A stretch of DNA of 64,000 bases from Fimbriimonadia bacterium (GCA_041483895.1 JBGPGO010000016.1:1-64000), one strand, 5' to 3'; shown: positions 19,251-29,387, counted from the stretch's first letter. The notes: a model not told the origin generated them from the letters alone. Numbers and translations are program-made.

Positions 19251-20395
19251 AGATCGGTTACTTCGACATGGTCGGGGGCGCGGCGGGGGATATGATTTTG
19301 GCCGCCCTAATCGACGCGGGCGCGGACCCATCCGCGATCGACGATGTGCTATCCGGAACGGGCGTGATTTATAAGATTAATGTTGAAAAGTTAGACTCTT
19401 CTGGCCTTTCGGTCACCCGCGTGAATGTCCAGGCGCAAGACGAGTCCAGCCATCGCCACCTCCCCGACGTGCTGGAAATCATCGAGAAATCGTCGGCATC
19501 TTCCACCGCCAAGCAAAAGGCCGCCGCCGTTTTCCAGGCACTCGCCGCTGCGGAAGCTAAGGCGCACGGCACCGATTTGGACCATGTGCATTTTCACGAA
19601 GTGGGAGCGGTGGACGCCATCGTGGATATCCTCGGCGCAGCGATCCTTACCGAGCAGCTAAACCTTTGCTTGCTAGCCAGCTCGCCGTTTCCTTTGGGCC
19701 GGGGTGTGATCCATTGCCAGCACGGCGTGATGCCCGCGCCCGCGCCGGCAACCCTGAATTTGTTGGAAGGCCGGCCGGTCGTACCATCCGACGCCGGATT
19801 CGAAACCGTAACGCCGACGGGCGCCGCCATCCTGACGACCCTGTGCGAACGCTTCGGCCCGATGCCATCGATGACGCTGGAGAAGACCGGCATAGGGGCG
19901 GGCGCCAGGGAATCCGCCCCGCCCAACTGGATCCGATTGCTCATCGGCAACATGCGCGAGACCGCCACGGAAACTATTACCGCCATCGAAACCAATTTGG
20001 ACGACATGACGCCGGAGGCCATCGCGCATCTTACGACGCGCATCATGGATTCGGGAGCGCTCGACTGTTACGTGACGCCGATATTAATGAAAAAGGGCCG
20101 GCCCGGTCAATGTCTCACCGCGCTCGCCTCACCGCAAACCGCGCAGCAAATCGCCCGGCTCATTCTCCAGGACTCCTCCAGCTTCGGCGTTCGGTTTCGC
20201 GAAATGGATCGCATCTGTCTGGAGCGGGAGACGAAAGAGGTGGATACGCAGTATGGCCGCATCCGCGTGAAGATCGGCTATCTGGATGGACAGGTCGTTA
20301 AGTCGTCGCCGGAATTTGAGGACTGCCGCACCGCCGCCGAGCAGCACCACGTGCCCCTCACAACCGTCCAGCAGGCTGCGATCAGCCAACTATAA
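19247..20395 (+). CDS. larC: Nickel pincer cofactor biosynthesis protein LarC (single ORF)
   Basis: GAAGDM, VHFHEVGAVDAIVD, TPTGAA, ETNLDD, MKKGRPG, PEFEDC. Confidence 0.95.
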   Translation: MKIGYFDMVGGAAGDMILAALIDAGADPSAIDDVLSGTGVIYKINVEKLDSSGLSVTRVNVQAQDESSHRHLPDVLEIIEKSSASSTAKQKAAAVFQALAAAEAKAHGTDLDHVHFHEVGAVDAIVDILGAAILTEQLNLCLLASSPFPLGRGVIHCQHGVMPAPAPATLNLLEGRPVVPSDAGFETVTPTGAAILTTLCERFGPMPSMTLEKTGIGAGARESAPPNWIRLLIGNMRETATETITAIETNLDDMTPEAIAHLTTRIMDSGALDCYVTPILMKKGRPGQCLTALASPQTAQQIARLILQDSSSFGVRFREMDRICLERETKEVDTQYGRIRVKIGYLDGQVVKSSPEFEDCRTAAEQHHVPLTTVQQAAISQL

Positions 20396-22972
20396 GCCGA
20401 ATCGTTTCTTCCAATCGTCCAGTTTTGTCAGCGCCTCGATGGGTGTCATGCCGGAGACTTCCATATCGCGCAATTCGCTCATGATTTGCGGCTCTTCCGC
20501 CTCAAAAAGGCGGAGTTGCATGGTCTGCGTTTCGATCGATCCTCGTGGACCGTGGGAGTCTTCTAGCTCCGATAATATCTCCGCCGCGCGCACGAGAACG
20601 CTCTGCGGAACGCCGGCCATTCGCGCCACCTGCAACCCATAGCTCTTGTCGGTTCCGCCCTCCAAAACCTTGTGCAGAAAGATGACGCGATCCTTTTCTT
20701 CCTTAACCGCGACCCGGAAATTCCGCACGCCGGGCACCGTCTCGGCCAATTCATTGAGCTGATGGTAGTGGGTGGCAAACAGGGTCTTCGCGCCCACCTG
20801 CGCCAGAAACTCCGCGATTGCCCAGGCCAGGGCGAGGCCATCGTATGTGCTTGTGCCGCGTCCGATTTCGTCCAAAATGACGAGGCTCTTATTGGTGGCA
20901 TGATGAAGAATATTCGCGGTCTCGGCCATCTCGACCATAAAGGTGCTTTGCCCGCTCGCCAGTTCGTCTCTCGCGCCGACCCGCGTGAAAATGCGATCGA
21001 GAATGGGAAGCCTAGCGGCTTTGGCGGGGACAAAACTGCCGACTTGGGCCAGGAGCGCGATGAGCGCAGTCTGGCGCAGATAGGTGGATTTGCCGCTCAT
21101 GTTCGGTCCGGTCAGAATCACCATCGGCCACACGTCGCGCAGTCGCGTGTCGTTGGGCACGAACCGTTTGCCATACTGGCTCTCCACCACCGGATGGCGG
21201 CCTTCTTCGATCTCCATTTCAGTTCCGTCGTGCATTTCCGGCTTCACATAATTAAAGCGGACGGCGGTTTCCGCATGGGAAAGCAACGTGTCAAGTTCCG
21301 CAACGGCCGCCGCGACATCGAGAATCGAACGCGCGTTGGAGGCGACATCCGAGCGCAGAGAGTTGAACAGCTCCGACTCGATATCGAGCATCCTCTCCTC
21401 CGCGCCCAGCACGGCGGCCTCATATTCTTTGAGCTCGGCGGTGATGTACCGCTCGCCCGCCGCCGTCGTCTGCTTGCGGATATAGTGCTCCGGAACTTTG
21501 GAAAGGTTGGCTTTGGTGATCTCGATGTGGTAGCCGAAGACGGAGTTGAAGCCCACCTTCAATGTTGGAATGCCGGTCGCCTGCCGCTCTTTCGATTCGA
21601 GCGAGGCGATGTATTGACGGGCGTTCGTGCGAAGGTCGCGGATTTGATCAAGTTCTTGGCTGAAACCTGTACGAATCACCCCGCCGTCCTTCATCGTCGC
21701 CGGCGGTTCGGCCATCAGGGCACGGTCTAGCAGCTCCTGCAATCCGGTCAGCGGCAGCAGCCGGTCGCGGACGGAATCCAGCTCCGGAAACTCTTCTTTC
21801 GTGAGCGTCGCCCGAAGGGCGGGCAGCACGGTCATGGAATCCCTTAGCGCCGCAAGGTCCCGTGGGCCGGCCACACCGGTTGCGCAGCGCGAGGTCAGCC
21901 GTTCCAAATCCTGGATGCGCTTTAGATGCGAGGATAGCTCGTCCCGGAGCATGTGCCGATCGCGAAGGCAGCCCACTGCATCGAGCCGGACATCGATCGC
22001 CGCCCGATCCAGTAGCGGCTCGGATAGCCAGCGCCGCAGCATCCGCGCGCCCATCGGGGTGCTCGTGGCATCGACCACGGAAAGCAGGGTCATGCGCCGG
22101 CTGCCGTCCGCCAGGTTCTGCGATATTTCCAGGTGCCTCCGCGCGGTCACATCCAGGCGCATAAAGTTGTCCACCGAATAGCTGGCGATGGAGGCCAGGT
22201 GCTTGGCCGTCGCGATCTCGTTTCGCTTTAGATATCCCAGCACGGAGGCGGCCGCTCGCACGCCCAGTGTGTACTGCTCTATGCCAAACCCAGCCAAATT
22301 CTCCACATCGAACTGGTCCAATAACATGTTGCGTGCGGAGTTGAGCGACGGCGTGGAATCCACGCGCGTGATTGCCGCCCCGCTCGCGCTTTCCGCCAAC
22401 TCGGCAAGCTCTTCGCAATCCGTCGGCAGCAAAAGTTCCGAGGGACCCAGGCGCGCCAGCTCGCCCAGCAGCCGCTCGATGGACTGCTTGCCCACGATCT
22501 CCGTCGCCAAGAATCGGGCGGTGGAAATGTCCACATAGCTCAGGCCGAATTCATTCGCGCCCGGCACCGCCGCCGCCAAGTAGTTGTTCTTCGAAGAGTC
22601 CAGCATGGAATCCTCGAGCACCGTGCCCGGAGTCACGACTCGCGTCACGCGCCGCTTGACCAGCCCCTTGGCCAGTTTGGGGTCCTCAACCTGATCGCAG
22701 AGAGCCACCTTGATCCCCTTGGCCAGCAGCCGCGCGACATACCTCTCCACGCTGTGATGCGGCACCCCGGCCATCGGTATCTTGCCGTTCGGACCGTCGG
22801 ACTTTCCCGTCAGCGCGATCTCCAGCTCCCGCGCAGCCACCTCCGCATCGTCGCCGTAGAACTCATAAAAGTCGCCGACGCGCATGGCGAGCAACGCCTC
22901 CGGAGCCTGTTTCTTGGCCTCGAAGTACTGCCGCATCATCGGGGTATGAGCCTCTATCGCCGCCATGTCCAT
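20390..22972 (-). CDS. mutS: DNA mismatch repair protein MutS
   Basis: TPMMRQY, GDFYE, MAGVP, GRHPVVE, TGPNMSGKSTY, STFMVEM, DEIGRGT, FATHYH. Confidence 0.98.
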   Translation of the reverse strand: MDMAAIEAHTPMMRQYFEAKKQAPEALLAMRVGDFYEFYGDDAEVAARELEIALTGKSDGPNGKIPMAGVPHHSVERYVARLLAKGIKVALCDQVEDPKLAKGLVKRRVTRVVTPGTVLEDSMLDSSKNNYLAAAVPGANEFGLSYVDISTARFLATEIVGKQSIERLLGELARLGPSELLLPTDCEELAELAESASGAAITRVDSTPSLNSARNMLLDQFDVENLAGFGIEQYTLGVRAAASVLGYLKRNEIATAKHLASIASYSVDNFMRLDVTARRHLEISQNLADGSRRMTLLSVVDATSTPMGARMLRRWLSEPLLDRAAIDVRLDAVGCLRDRHMLRDELSSHLKRIQDLERLTSRCATGVAGPRDLAALRDSMTVLPALRATLTKEEFPELDSVRDRLLPLTGLQELLDRALMAEPPATMKDGGVIRTGFSQELDQIRDLRTNARQYIASLESKERQATGIPTLKVGFNSVFGYHIEITKANLSKVPEHYIRKQTTAAGERYITAELKEYEAAVLGAEERMLDIESELFNSLRSDVASNARSILDVAAAVAELDTLLSHAETAVRFNYVKPEMHDGTEMEIEEGRHPVVESQYGKRFVPNDTRLRDVWPMVILTGPNMSGKSTYLRQTALIALLAQVGSFVPAKAARLPILDRIFTRVGARDELASGQSTFMVEMAETANILHHATNKSLVILDEIGRGTSTYDGLALAWAIAEFLAQVGAKTLFATHYHQLNELAETVPGVRNFRVAVKEEKDRVIFLHKVLEGGTDKSYGLQVARMAGVPQSVLVRAAEILSELEDSHGPRGSIETQTMQLRLFEAEEPQIMSELRDMEVSGMTPIEALTKLDDWKKRFGL

Positions 22973-23060
22973 AGGTTCTACATCTCAATGCCATTAACCT
23001 GTCGCCGACGGCGGTTTGTGACAGCCTTAGGGAAAAAACTCTGAATGTTCCCGAAGTCGG

Positions 23061-23990
23061 TCAAGGCGCATCATTGGGCTGGGCTGGCCGCAAGAGCCGA
23101 TCCGGTTCGGTCTCACCTTCGGTGGCAGGTCGGAGGAGGGAGGACGGGTCGTCGGTCGTGGAGGCGGCTCGGAGAAGGCCTGCGGCGTGCGCGGACTGAA
23201 GAATGCGATGGCGAACGGCTTCGGCAGCCTTCGCGGCTTGTTCTCTCACTTCCTTTGGCACCGAATCATTGGCGAGAATGCCGTCCGCAACGCGGCCCAA
23301 CGGCCAAAGCGCCGGCCCGAAGGAGCTATGCCCAAGAACCTTGCAAATTGCAATCACGACCCGCCAATCCAGCGGTCTTTTCTTCCATCCGACCGGGATA
23401 AGCAACCAGAGTAGGTTGCGAAGTTCCTGCGGCCGCAGCTCACTCATTTCGTCATCAGTTAGGTCTGCGCTTCTCGAGACGAGATGCTCAGCGGCTTTCG
23501 TCCCACATCGTTTGTCACGAATCGCGATCGTCAGCGTACGCAAGGGAATCGGCTCCCGGGCGTCCAAGGCCGAGTCGATGGCGCGGCGGGCCGAGGCTCG
23601 TTCTCGTTTGTAGTGCCAAACGATTTGCCAACTTATGACGACGCCAGGAAGCGCCATGAAAAAATAGAACAATGGATATGGCATTCTATACCCAAGCTTC
23701 AAAAAGCCATACCAGATCAACACGGCAAAGAAGTAGAAAATGCAACCGTCGCGGAATTTGGCCAAGCGTGGTACTCGAGACGGATGATCCGAGCGGCCCA
23801 CCCTCGATAGGGTGGCGAGGGAAGACGGAGCCACCTCCGCGCTGGTATCCCTTTTCAGCTCCGCCACAAAGTCCTTGAGCGTGATGTGGCTTGGCACGAT
23901 GGTTTTTGCTCCACAAATGGGGCACACCCACGCGCTCGGCCCCCATTCCTCGAGCTTGACCCGCTCGCAGTTGCAGTTCCGGCATTTCAC
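23061..23990 (-). CDS. Hypothetical membrane protein: Zn ribbon, 2 TM helices, HEAT-like region, C-terminal LLR repeats
   Basis: CRNC..CPIC; TM segments; tail GLLRAA..SLLRPA..RLLRPA. Confidence 0.75.
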   Translation of the reverse strand: MKCRNCNCERVKLEEWGPSAWVCPICGAKTIVPSHITLKDFVAELKRDTSAEVAPSSLATLSRVGRSDHPSRVPRLAKFRDGCIFYFFAVLIWYGFLKLGYRMPYPLFYFFMALPGVVISWQIVWHYKRERASARRAIDSALDAREPIPLRTLTIAIRDKRCGTKAAEHLVSRSADLTDDEMSELRPQELRNLLWLLIPVGWKKRPLDWRVVIAICKVLGHSSFGPALWPLGRVADGILANDSVPKEVREQAAKAAEAVRHRILQSAHAAGLLRAASTTDDPSSLLRPATEGETEPDRLLRPAQPNDAP

Positions 23991-24055
23991 GGCGTCGTCA
24001 GATTACCCACGAACCAAGGGCCGAACGGCTTCCGCACTTCTTGATTGCCGATCAG

Positions 24056-25846
24056 TCATCCGCCCGCGTTGGGTGTTTTGCCTGTGTCTTTCGCATCTAC
24101 CCTCTTGAACTGGCTGAACGGAAAGCTGTCTTGATATATTTGGCCGTCCGGCAGGACGAAGTCGAACTCATAGTAGTCTTGAGTTCGTTCGACAATGAAG
24201 TCGGTGGACTTGGGGTCTTGCTCCTTGAACATCTGCTTTGCCTCGGCCAGATCCTCGACGAAATTCATCGGAACTCCATCCATCATAAAGCAATATCCAT
24301 GACTGGGTGTGTTCGTGACGTGAATCCTCTCAATCGTGGCAAACGGATCGGGGATCAGCATCTGCCCCAGCGCGGCCTGCATGGCCGTCTGCTGCGATCG
24401 TGAAAGATGGTCAACCGGCAGCCCTTGCTCGGAAATGGCTCGTTCCCGTTGTATCGGATGTAAGAAGCCCCAAAATCTCAAAGTGAAGAAATTCGGCGCC
24501 ATCATATCGCCCGGAATCTGCATGCCTTGCGGCCAAACGAATTCGTCCGCGCAAATGACCCGCATTTGCGCCTCGCTGAGAGTCGCACAAAACGACGACC
24601 ATCCGTCCAGGCCCGCAGGCATTTGTTTCACGAATTTATTCAATGATTTTTCCGAAATATCTTCCGGTCGATAGAAGAAGTAATTCCGGTCTCGAAAGAA
24701 AACGACGTCACCTTCAAGAGAGGTTGAGAACTGCTTGCTGTTGTCCAACAGCCATTTCGAGAGATCGCTTCCCGGCTCGCTGTATGAGGAAAATGAAATT
24801 CGAAAGACCTCTGCCACGTAACCCATTTTGGATTTGGGAGCAAATGACTTTAGAACCATCCCAAAGTGCATGTGCGACCACGGCTCTGCGTATTCGGCCG
24901 CCTCGGTCGACTCGTTCAACTTGTCATTGTGCTCGAAAACTGCCTGTTCTTCCGCTTCTGACAGAAATCCCGCGGCTTGCGTAACGGCCTTGTCGTTCCA
25001 AAGATGCCACGTGGTCGCGGGTGGATTCGCAAATCCTGATCGGCTCCCCATACTGGTTATCAATGTCTGCAATCCGGTTTCAGACCGAAAGGACATAGTA
25101 AAGCAGGTGTCGTCAATCGGCTTTGACAGGTCTTCGGCGTCAAATGCATCCAACATGCTTTTTTGGGGTAGAGGACCGGAATAAAAACCAGACCCCCAAT
25201 GCGAGAGGCTCATGAGGGCATTGAAGTTTGGCGGCAGCTTGAACGGCCCTTTCTGTTCACCGGAATGCAAACGGATCTCGCCGCCTTTCCAAAAATCATC
25301 CCACTGTTTCGGACTGAACTGCTTCGCAACGTAAGCGGTCAAGTATTCATGGAGGCCCGGTTCTACTCGGTTGGAACCAGTCGAATTGCGATCAATCAGA
25401 GATTCGATAGTTTTTCTTGCATGCTCTCGCATCATCTGCTCATAGTTTTCCGGAAGGGAGGCTATCTGTTTTTTGAGCCGATTCTGATCGTCTTTTCGGA
25501 TCTCCGACTCAGCGGCCGCCTTCGCATCCTTCATGCGCTTTGCCTGTTCAGCCGTCTGATGCAACCGGTAGGTCCATTTGGGCTCTTCGCCTTCCTTGAC
25601 CCACGAAAGGTCGAGCGCCTTTGCGATGGCCTTTAGCGCGGCGTCTAGAGTTTGACCTTTCAAAAACACGGCCAATTTGAGATCGGCGACGGCTGGATCG
25701 ACGCGCAAGGTGATGCCCGCCTGTTTGGAAAGCTGCTGTGCTACCACGCCGACGGGCATCAGCTCGGTGCTGAGCTGCACGGGAGTTTGGAGTCGCTGAT
25801 CAGACGCCCCCAAAATGAACCACACCAAAAGTAAGACCTGATGCAT
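24056..25846 (-). CDS. Hypothetical exported protein
   Basis: 596-aa ORF with GAGGAGG RBS and hydrophobic N-terminus; N-terminal region loosely resembles secretin/STN-type domains (low confidence). Confidence 0.7.
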   Translation of the reverse strand: MHQVLLLVWFILGASDQRLQTPVQLSTELMPVGVVAQQLSKQAGITLRVDPAVADLKLAVFLKGQTLDAALKAIAKALDLSWVKEGEEPKWTYRLHQTAEQAKRMKDAKAAAESEIRKDDQNRLKKQIASLPENYEQMMREHARKTIESLIDRNSTGSNRVEPGLHEYLTAYVAKQFSPKQWDDFWKGGEIRLHSGEQKGPFKLPPNFNALMSLSHWGSGFYSGPLPQKSMLDAFDAEDLSKPIDDTCFTMSFRSETGLQTLITSMGSRSGFANPPATTWHLWNDKAVTQAAGFLSEAEEQAVFEHNDKLNESTEAAEYAEPWSHMHFGMVLKSFAPKSKMGYVAEVFRISFSSYSEPGSDLSKWLLDNSKQFSTSLEGDVVFFRDRNYFFYRPEDISEKSLNKFVKQMPAGLDGWSSFCATLSEAQMRVICADEFVWPQGMQIPGDMMAPNFFTLRFWGFLHPIQRERAISEQGLPVDHLSRSQQTAMQAALGQMLIPDPFATIERIHVTNTPSHGYCFMMDGVPMNFVEDLAEAKQMFKEQDPKSTDFIVERTQDYYEFDFVLPDGQIYQDSFPFSQFKRVDAKDTGKTPNAGG

Positions 25847-26050
25847 TGTCTAGCCTCCTCGACAAGTATGACACTCAATCCGCATAGGGGCGATCATTCT
25901 ATCCCTAGACAGGCGGATGCCTAATGACTGGAACTGTTGAGGGCCTCTAGTACGACCTCAGTTGTCGGGCCAGTAAGGGCATTAGAACAGAGGGCCTGTT
26001 GGGGAATGCGGCAGTAGCAAACCATACGACCGCTGATAGGAATCGTAGCT

Positions 26051-26644
26051 TCACAGCTGATCTAGTCCACAAGCCCGCCTCAGCAAAATAAAATGTTCAA
26101 TCGGCTCGTATCTAGAATGGCCGATTACATACCAAGTAAATGGCGGAAATACTAGCTTTCCATGCGCGTCTATCCAGAATGGGTCGAAGGTATGAGAGCT
26201 CAAACTCTCTTCCCTCAAAAAAATGAATTCGTTAGGAATAACCAACCCATGACAGCGAGCGCATCCCAAGAAAAGGTATTCGTTCATGAGGTATAATTTA
26301 AACCTTCGGTAACGCGAATAATCTGCTGACAAGAACTTCAACATGGCAACAAAAATCTCAGACATGTTGTAACCCTTAATCGCTTGAAAGGTAGAAATTA
26401 TTTCCTCGATTTGCTGTTCGGTTTCGGCAATTACTGGACACTTGGATAGTAACGCGACAATCTCCTGGACGTGGCGCTTGGAATCTGGATTATCATTTTC
26501 ATAATCTGCATTCACACCGTTGATCATGCTCAATTTCGAGACATGGTTATGTTGCACCATATGGGATTGCATAGATGCATTGATATGTGGCTCCGAACCT
26601 TGACCAATGATTATTAAACTGCCGATTAATAGCAATATCTGCAT
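26051..26644 (-). CDS. Hypothetical protein (low GC)
   Basis: 197-aa ORF, GAGG RBS, hydrophobic N-terminus, visibly AT-rich. Confidence 0.55.
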   Translation of the reverse strand: MQILLLIGSLIIIGQGSEPHINASMQSHMVQHNHVSKLSMINGVNADYENDNPDSKRHVQEIVALLSKCPVIAETEQQIEEIISTFQAIKGYNMSEIFVAMLKFLSADYSRYRRFKLYLMNEYLFLGCARCHGLVIPNEFIFLREESLSSHTFDPFWIDAHGKLVFPPFTWYVIGHSRYEPIEHFILLRRACGLDQL

Positions 26645-26678
26645 CGGAACCTCAATTCGTTAGGGAGCTTTCAACTTC

Positions 26679-26900
26679 CTAGGCGCCGACTTTGTAGATG
26701 GCCGGCCGGTAGGTGGGTAGGAGCAAGGGGATACCTGCCTGTTTCGCCGCCGCAATCCAGAGAGTCTTGGCCTGTAGGACCTCCCGGACCGCTTCCTCCG
26801 GAGTAGCGCCAAAGGCTGAGCAATGCTTCAGGTCCGGGACATCCGCGATATAGCCGCCGTCCTCTTCGCTATAGAATACGTTGATGTGATGGGCTTTCAA
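26679..26900 (-). CDS. hicB: HicB-family antitoxin (orphan)
   Basis: INVFYSEEDGGYIADVPDLKHCSAFGATPEEAVREV..W..GIPL..PTYRP. Confidence 0.85.
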   Translation of the reverse strand: MKAHHINVFYSEEDGGYIADVPDLKHCSAFGATPEEAVREVLQAKTLWIAAAKQAGIPLLLPTYRPAIYKVGA

Positions 26901-27031
26901 TTATTCTGGACTGATAATTCAAGCTTCCAATTGTCGTCTTCAACACATCGTACCCCGGTCTTGGTCATCGGCGGGCAAGGGAGGGTACTCGGGGTCCAGG
27001 TAGAATCCCCCGTACCGGTGGAGGAGTACGA

Positions 27032-27406
27032 TTGATGAACCTGATTTGGCGGTGGTTGGTGACTTCGCTCAGCCTCTATCTGACATGCCTGGCGGGGCAC
27101 ACGCTCAAGTTGGGGTTGGGCATTGACGAGAAGGACCCGTGGCGCATCCTGCTGGCGGGCGCGGCGATCGGGCTGGTCAACTCGTTCATCATCCCGGTCT
27201 TCCGCCTTCTCACCCTGCCCATGCACTGTCTCACCCTCGGCCTATCCACCGCCATTGTCAACATCATCCTGTTCTACGTGGTCGGCAACATGAACATGGG
27301 AATGCGCGTTGATACGTTTTGGGGGGCGGCTTTTGGGGTGATCGTGGTGTCGCTCATCAGCTCCGTTCTCAGCTTCATGCTCCCCGGCAAGGAGAAAAAA
27401 GATTAG
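27032..27406 (+). CDS. YvlD/DUF360 ('phage holin family') membrane protein
   Basis: GLVNSFIIPVFRLLTLP..LTLGL..IVN, FWGAAFG; GGAGG RBS. Confidence 0.85.
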   Translation: MMNLIWRWLVTSLSLYLTCLAGHTLKLGLGIDEKDPWRILLAGAAIGLVNSFIIPVFRLLTLPMHCLTLGLSTAIVNIILFYVVGNMNMGMRVDTFWGAAFGVIVVSLISSVLSFMLPGKEKKD

Positions 27407-27509
27407 GGCCAACTACACGCGGGTCTTAGTTGTCGGCGGGCGAAACGCTATCGGCGATCCGTCCCGCGTCTACGGACTGGCGCCCCCCGGCAAGGAGAAA
27501 AAGGATTAG
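27382..27509. repeat. 25-bp direct repeat flanking a degenerate family E element
   Basis: CCCCGGCAAGGAGAAAAARGATTAG at 27382-27406 and 27485-27509; ACGCGGG..CCCGCGTCTAC between them. Confidence 0.8.
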
Positions 27510-28785
27510 CCGACGCCTGTTCCAGATCGTGCTGCTCACCCTGCTGGGGGTGGCGGCCGTTGCCGCGGCGCTCATCATCGAGTTCACGGTCGCGGTCGGC
27601 TCGGCCACCGACTGGCTGACCCAGACGGTCACCGATTTTCTCGCCGGCATCGTGGCCTCGCCCGACCATCTGCCCATCGCCCGCGCCATCACGTCCGGCC
27701 TTTTGGCGGTTGGCGGAATCGGTCTGCTGTACGCCTCCTGGGTGCAGGTGATTCGGGGCCTTTCGCGCGTCATCAACCCCAAGATGGAAGGGAAGGAGTT
27801 CGACGCCTATTACCGAAAGCGGACGCTGCTCGGCGGCCCCAACATCGTGGTGGTCGGTGGCGGGACGGGGCTTTCGACATTGCTGCGGGGCCTGAAACAA
27901 AGAACTTCCAACATCACTGCCATCGTGACGGTAGCGGACGACGGGGGACATTCCGGCGTGCTGCGACGGGAGATGGGGATCATCCCGCCTGGGGACATTC
28001 GCAACTGCCTGGTCGCGCTGGCGGATGCCGAACCGAGCATGACCGCGCTATTCCAGCACCGATTTGAAGAGAAGGCCGGCGGTTTGGCGGGACACTCCAT
28101 CGGCAACCTGCTGATCGCCGCGATGACGGAGATCGAGGGGGATTTCGAGCGCGGGGTGAAGACTCTCTATGAAGTACTTAATATTCGCGGGCGCGTGCTT
28201 CCCGCCACCCTCAACCATGTGGTGTTGCGGGCCGAGATGGAGGACGAAACGATGATCGAGGGGGAGACGGCGATCGTCGATTCGCCCCTTCGGATACGGA
28301 AAATCCATCTTCATCCGCCGGATGCCAGGCCACTCGATGAGGCCATCTGCGCGATCAAAGAGGCCGACGTCGTCGTCATCGGGCCGGGTAGCGTGTACAC
28401 GAGCGTCATCCCGAACCTGCTTGTCACTGGAATTGCTGACGCGATCTGCGCTTCGCCTGCCGGGAAGGTGTATGTGTGCAACGTGATGACCCAGCCGGGA
28501 GAGAGCGACGGATTTACCGCCAGCGATCACGTGCGGGCGATCGAGGCGCATACGGGGCGGCGGGTGTTCACCCACGTCATCGTTAATAAGGCGGTGCCCA
28601 GCGAGCCGCTCGCCGAGAAGTATCGCGCGTCGGGGCAGGAGCTGGTGTTGCCCGACAATGATAGACTGAAGGCGATGGGATTGAAACCGATTGTGGGGGA
28701 TTTTATCAGTGAAAGCGACGTGGTGCGGCACGATCCGGTGCGGCTGGCGGACGCGATTTTCCGGCTTGTGGCGGCACGGCGATGA
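27430..28785 (+). CDS. yvcK: YvcK/GlmR (UPF0052) protein with N-terminal TM extension
   Basis: GGGTGLSTLLRGLK, TVADDGG.SG, PPGDIRNC, GHSIGNL, GPGSVYTS, MTQPGE, RHDP; start uncertain. Confidence 0.92.
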   Translation: MSAGETLSAIRPASTDWRPPARRKRISRRLFQIVLLTLLGVAAVAAALIIEFTVAVGSATDWLTQTVTDFLAGIVASPDHLPIARAITSGLLAVGGIGLLYASWVQVIRGLSRVINPKMEGKEFDAYYRKRTLLGGPNIVVVGGGTGLSTLLRGLKQRTSNITAIVTVADDGGHSGVLRREMGIIPPGDIRNCLVALADAEPSMTALFQHRFEEKAGGLAGHSIGNLLIAAMTEIEGDFERGVKTLYEVLNIRGRVLPATLNHVVLRAEMEDETMIEGETAIVDSPLRIRKIHLHPPDARPLDEAICAIKEADVVVIGPGSVYTSVIPNLLVTGIADAICASPAGKVYVCNVMTQPGESDGFTASDHVRAIEAHTGRRVFTHVIVNKAVPSEPLAEKYRASGQELVLPDNDRLKAMGLKPIVGDFISESDVVRHDPVRLADAIFRLVAARR

Positions 28786-29387
28786 GTGGGACGCTTGTGG
28801 TTCTTTCGGGACCCTCCGGGGTAGGAAAGGACACAGTAATCGAAGCCTGGAAACGGGTCAATCCGAAGGTGCGGAAGGTGATCACCTGCACGACAAGGGC
28901 GCCGAGGGAAGGGGAGGAAAACGGGAAGGACTATTATTTTTTGTCGGAAGCGGATTTCCAGAAGAGGGTGGATGCCGGGGACCTGTTGGAGCACAAGATG
29001 GTCCATGGCAAGAGCTATGGCACGCCGAAGTCCGAGACACTATCACTGCTCGCCGATGGGTTTGTCGCGGTGCTGAAGATCGATGTTCAGGGCGGGCTGG
29101 CGGTCAAGGAGGCGCATCCGGAGGCGCTGCTGCTGTTTCTGGACGCTCCCAGCCTAAAAGAATTGGAGCGGCGGCTGCGGGAGCGCAACACTGATTCGGA
29201 AGAGCAAATCGAAAGCCGATTGGAGACCGCGAAAAAAGAGATCAAGGTGGGGACGAAGCAGTACGATTATCGCGTGGTCAATGATGCGGTCGAGAACGCG
29301 GTGGAGCGGTTGGAACGCATTTTGTGGCTCGCAAAGAGTCTCAGCGAGAGGGGGTACACGCCTGGACGTGGCGGAGAAGAAGAGTAG
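28782..29387 (+). CDS. gmk: Guanylate kinase
   Basis: SGPSGVGKDT, TTRAPREGEENGKDYYF, YGTP, IDVQG. Confidence 0.96.
   Translation: MSGTLVVLSGPSGVGKDTVIEAWKRVNPKVRKVITCTTRAPREGEENGKDYYFLSEADFQKRVDAGDLLEHKMVHGKSYGTPKSETLSLLADGFVAVLKIDVQGGLAVKEAHPEALLLFLDAPSLKELERRLRERNTDSEEQIESRLETAKKEIKVGTKQYDYRVVNDAVENAVERLERILWLAKSLSERGYTPGRGGEEE

Noticed and set aside
19247..20395. Programmed frameshift in larC
   Set aside because: LarC1 and LarC2 regions are in one continuous ORF here.
25870..26050. Structured RNA in intergenic region
   Set aside because: One imperfect hairpin and a short GAGGGCCT repeat only; insufficient support.
27032..27406. Prophage lysis gene
   Set aside because: YvlD/DUF360 proteins are ordinary chromosomal membrane proteins; no phage genes nearby.
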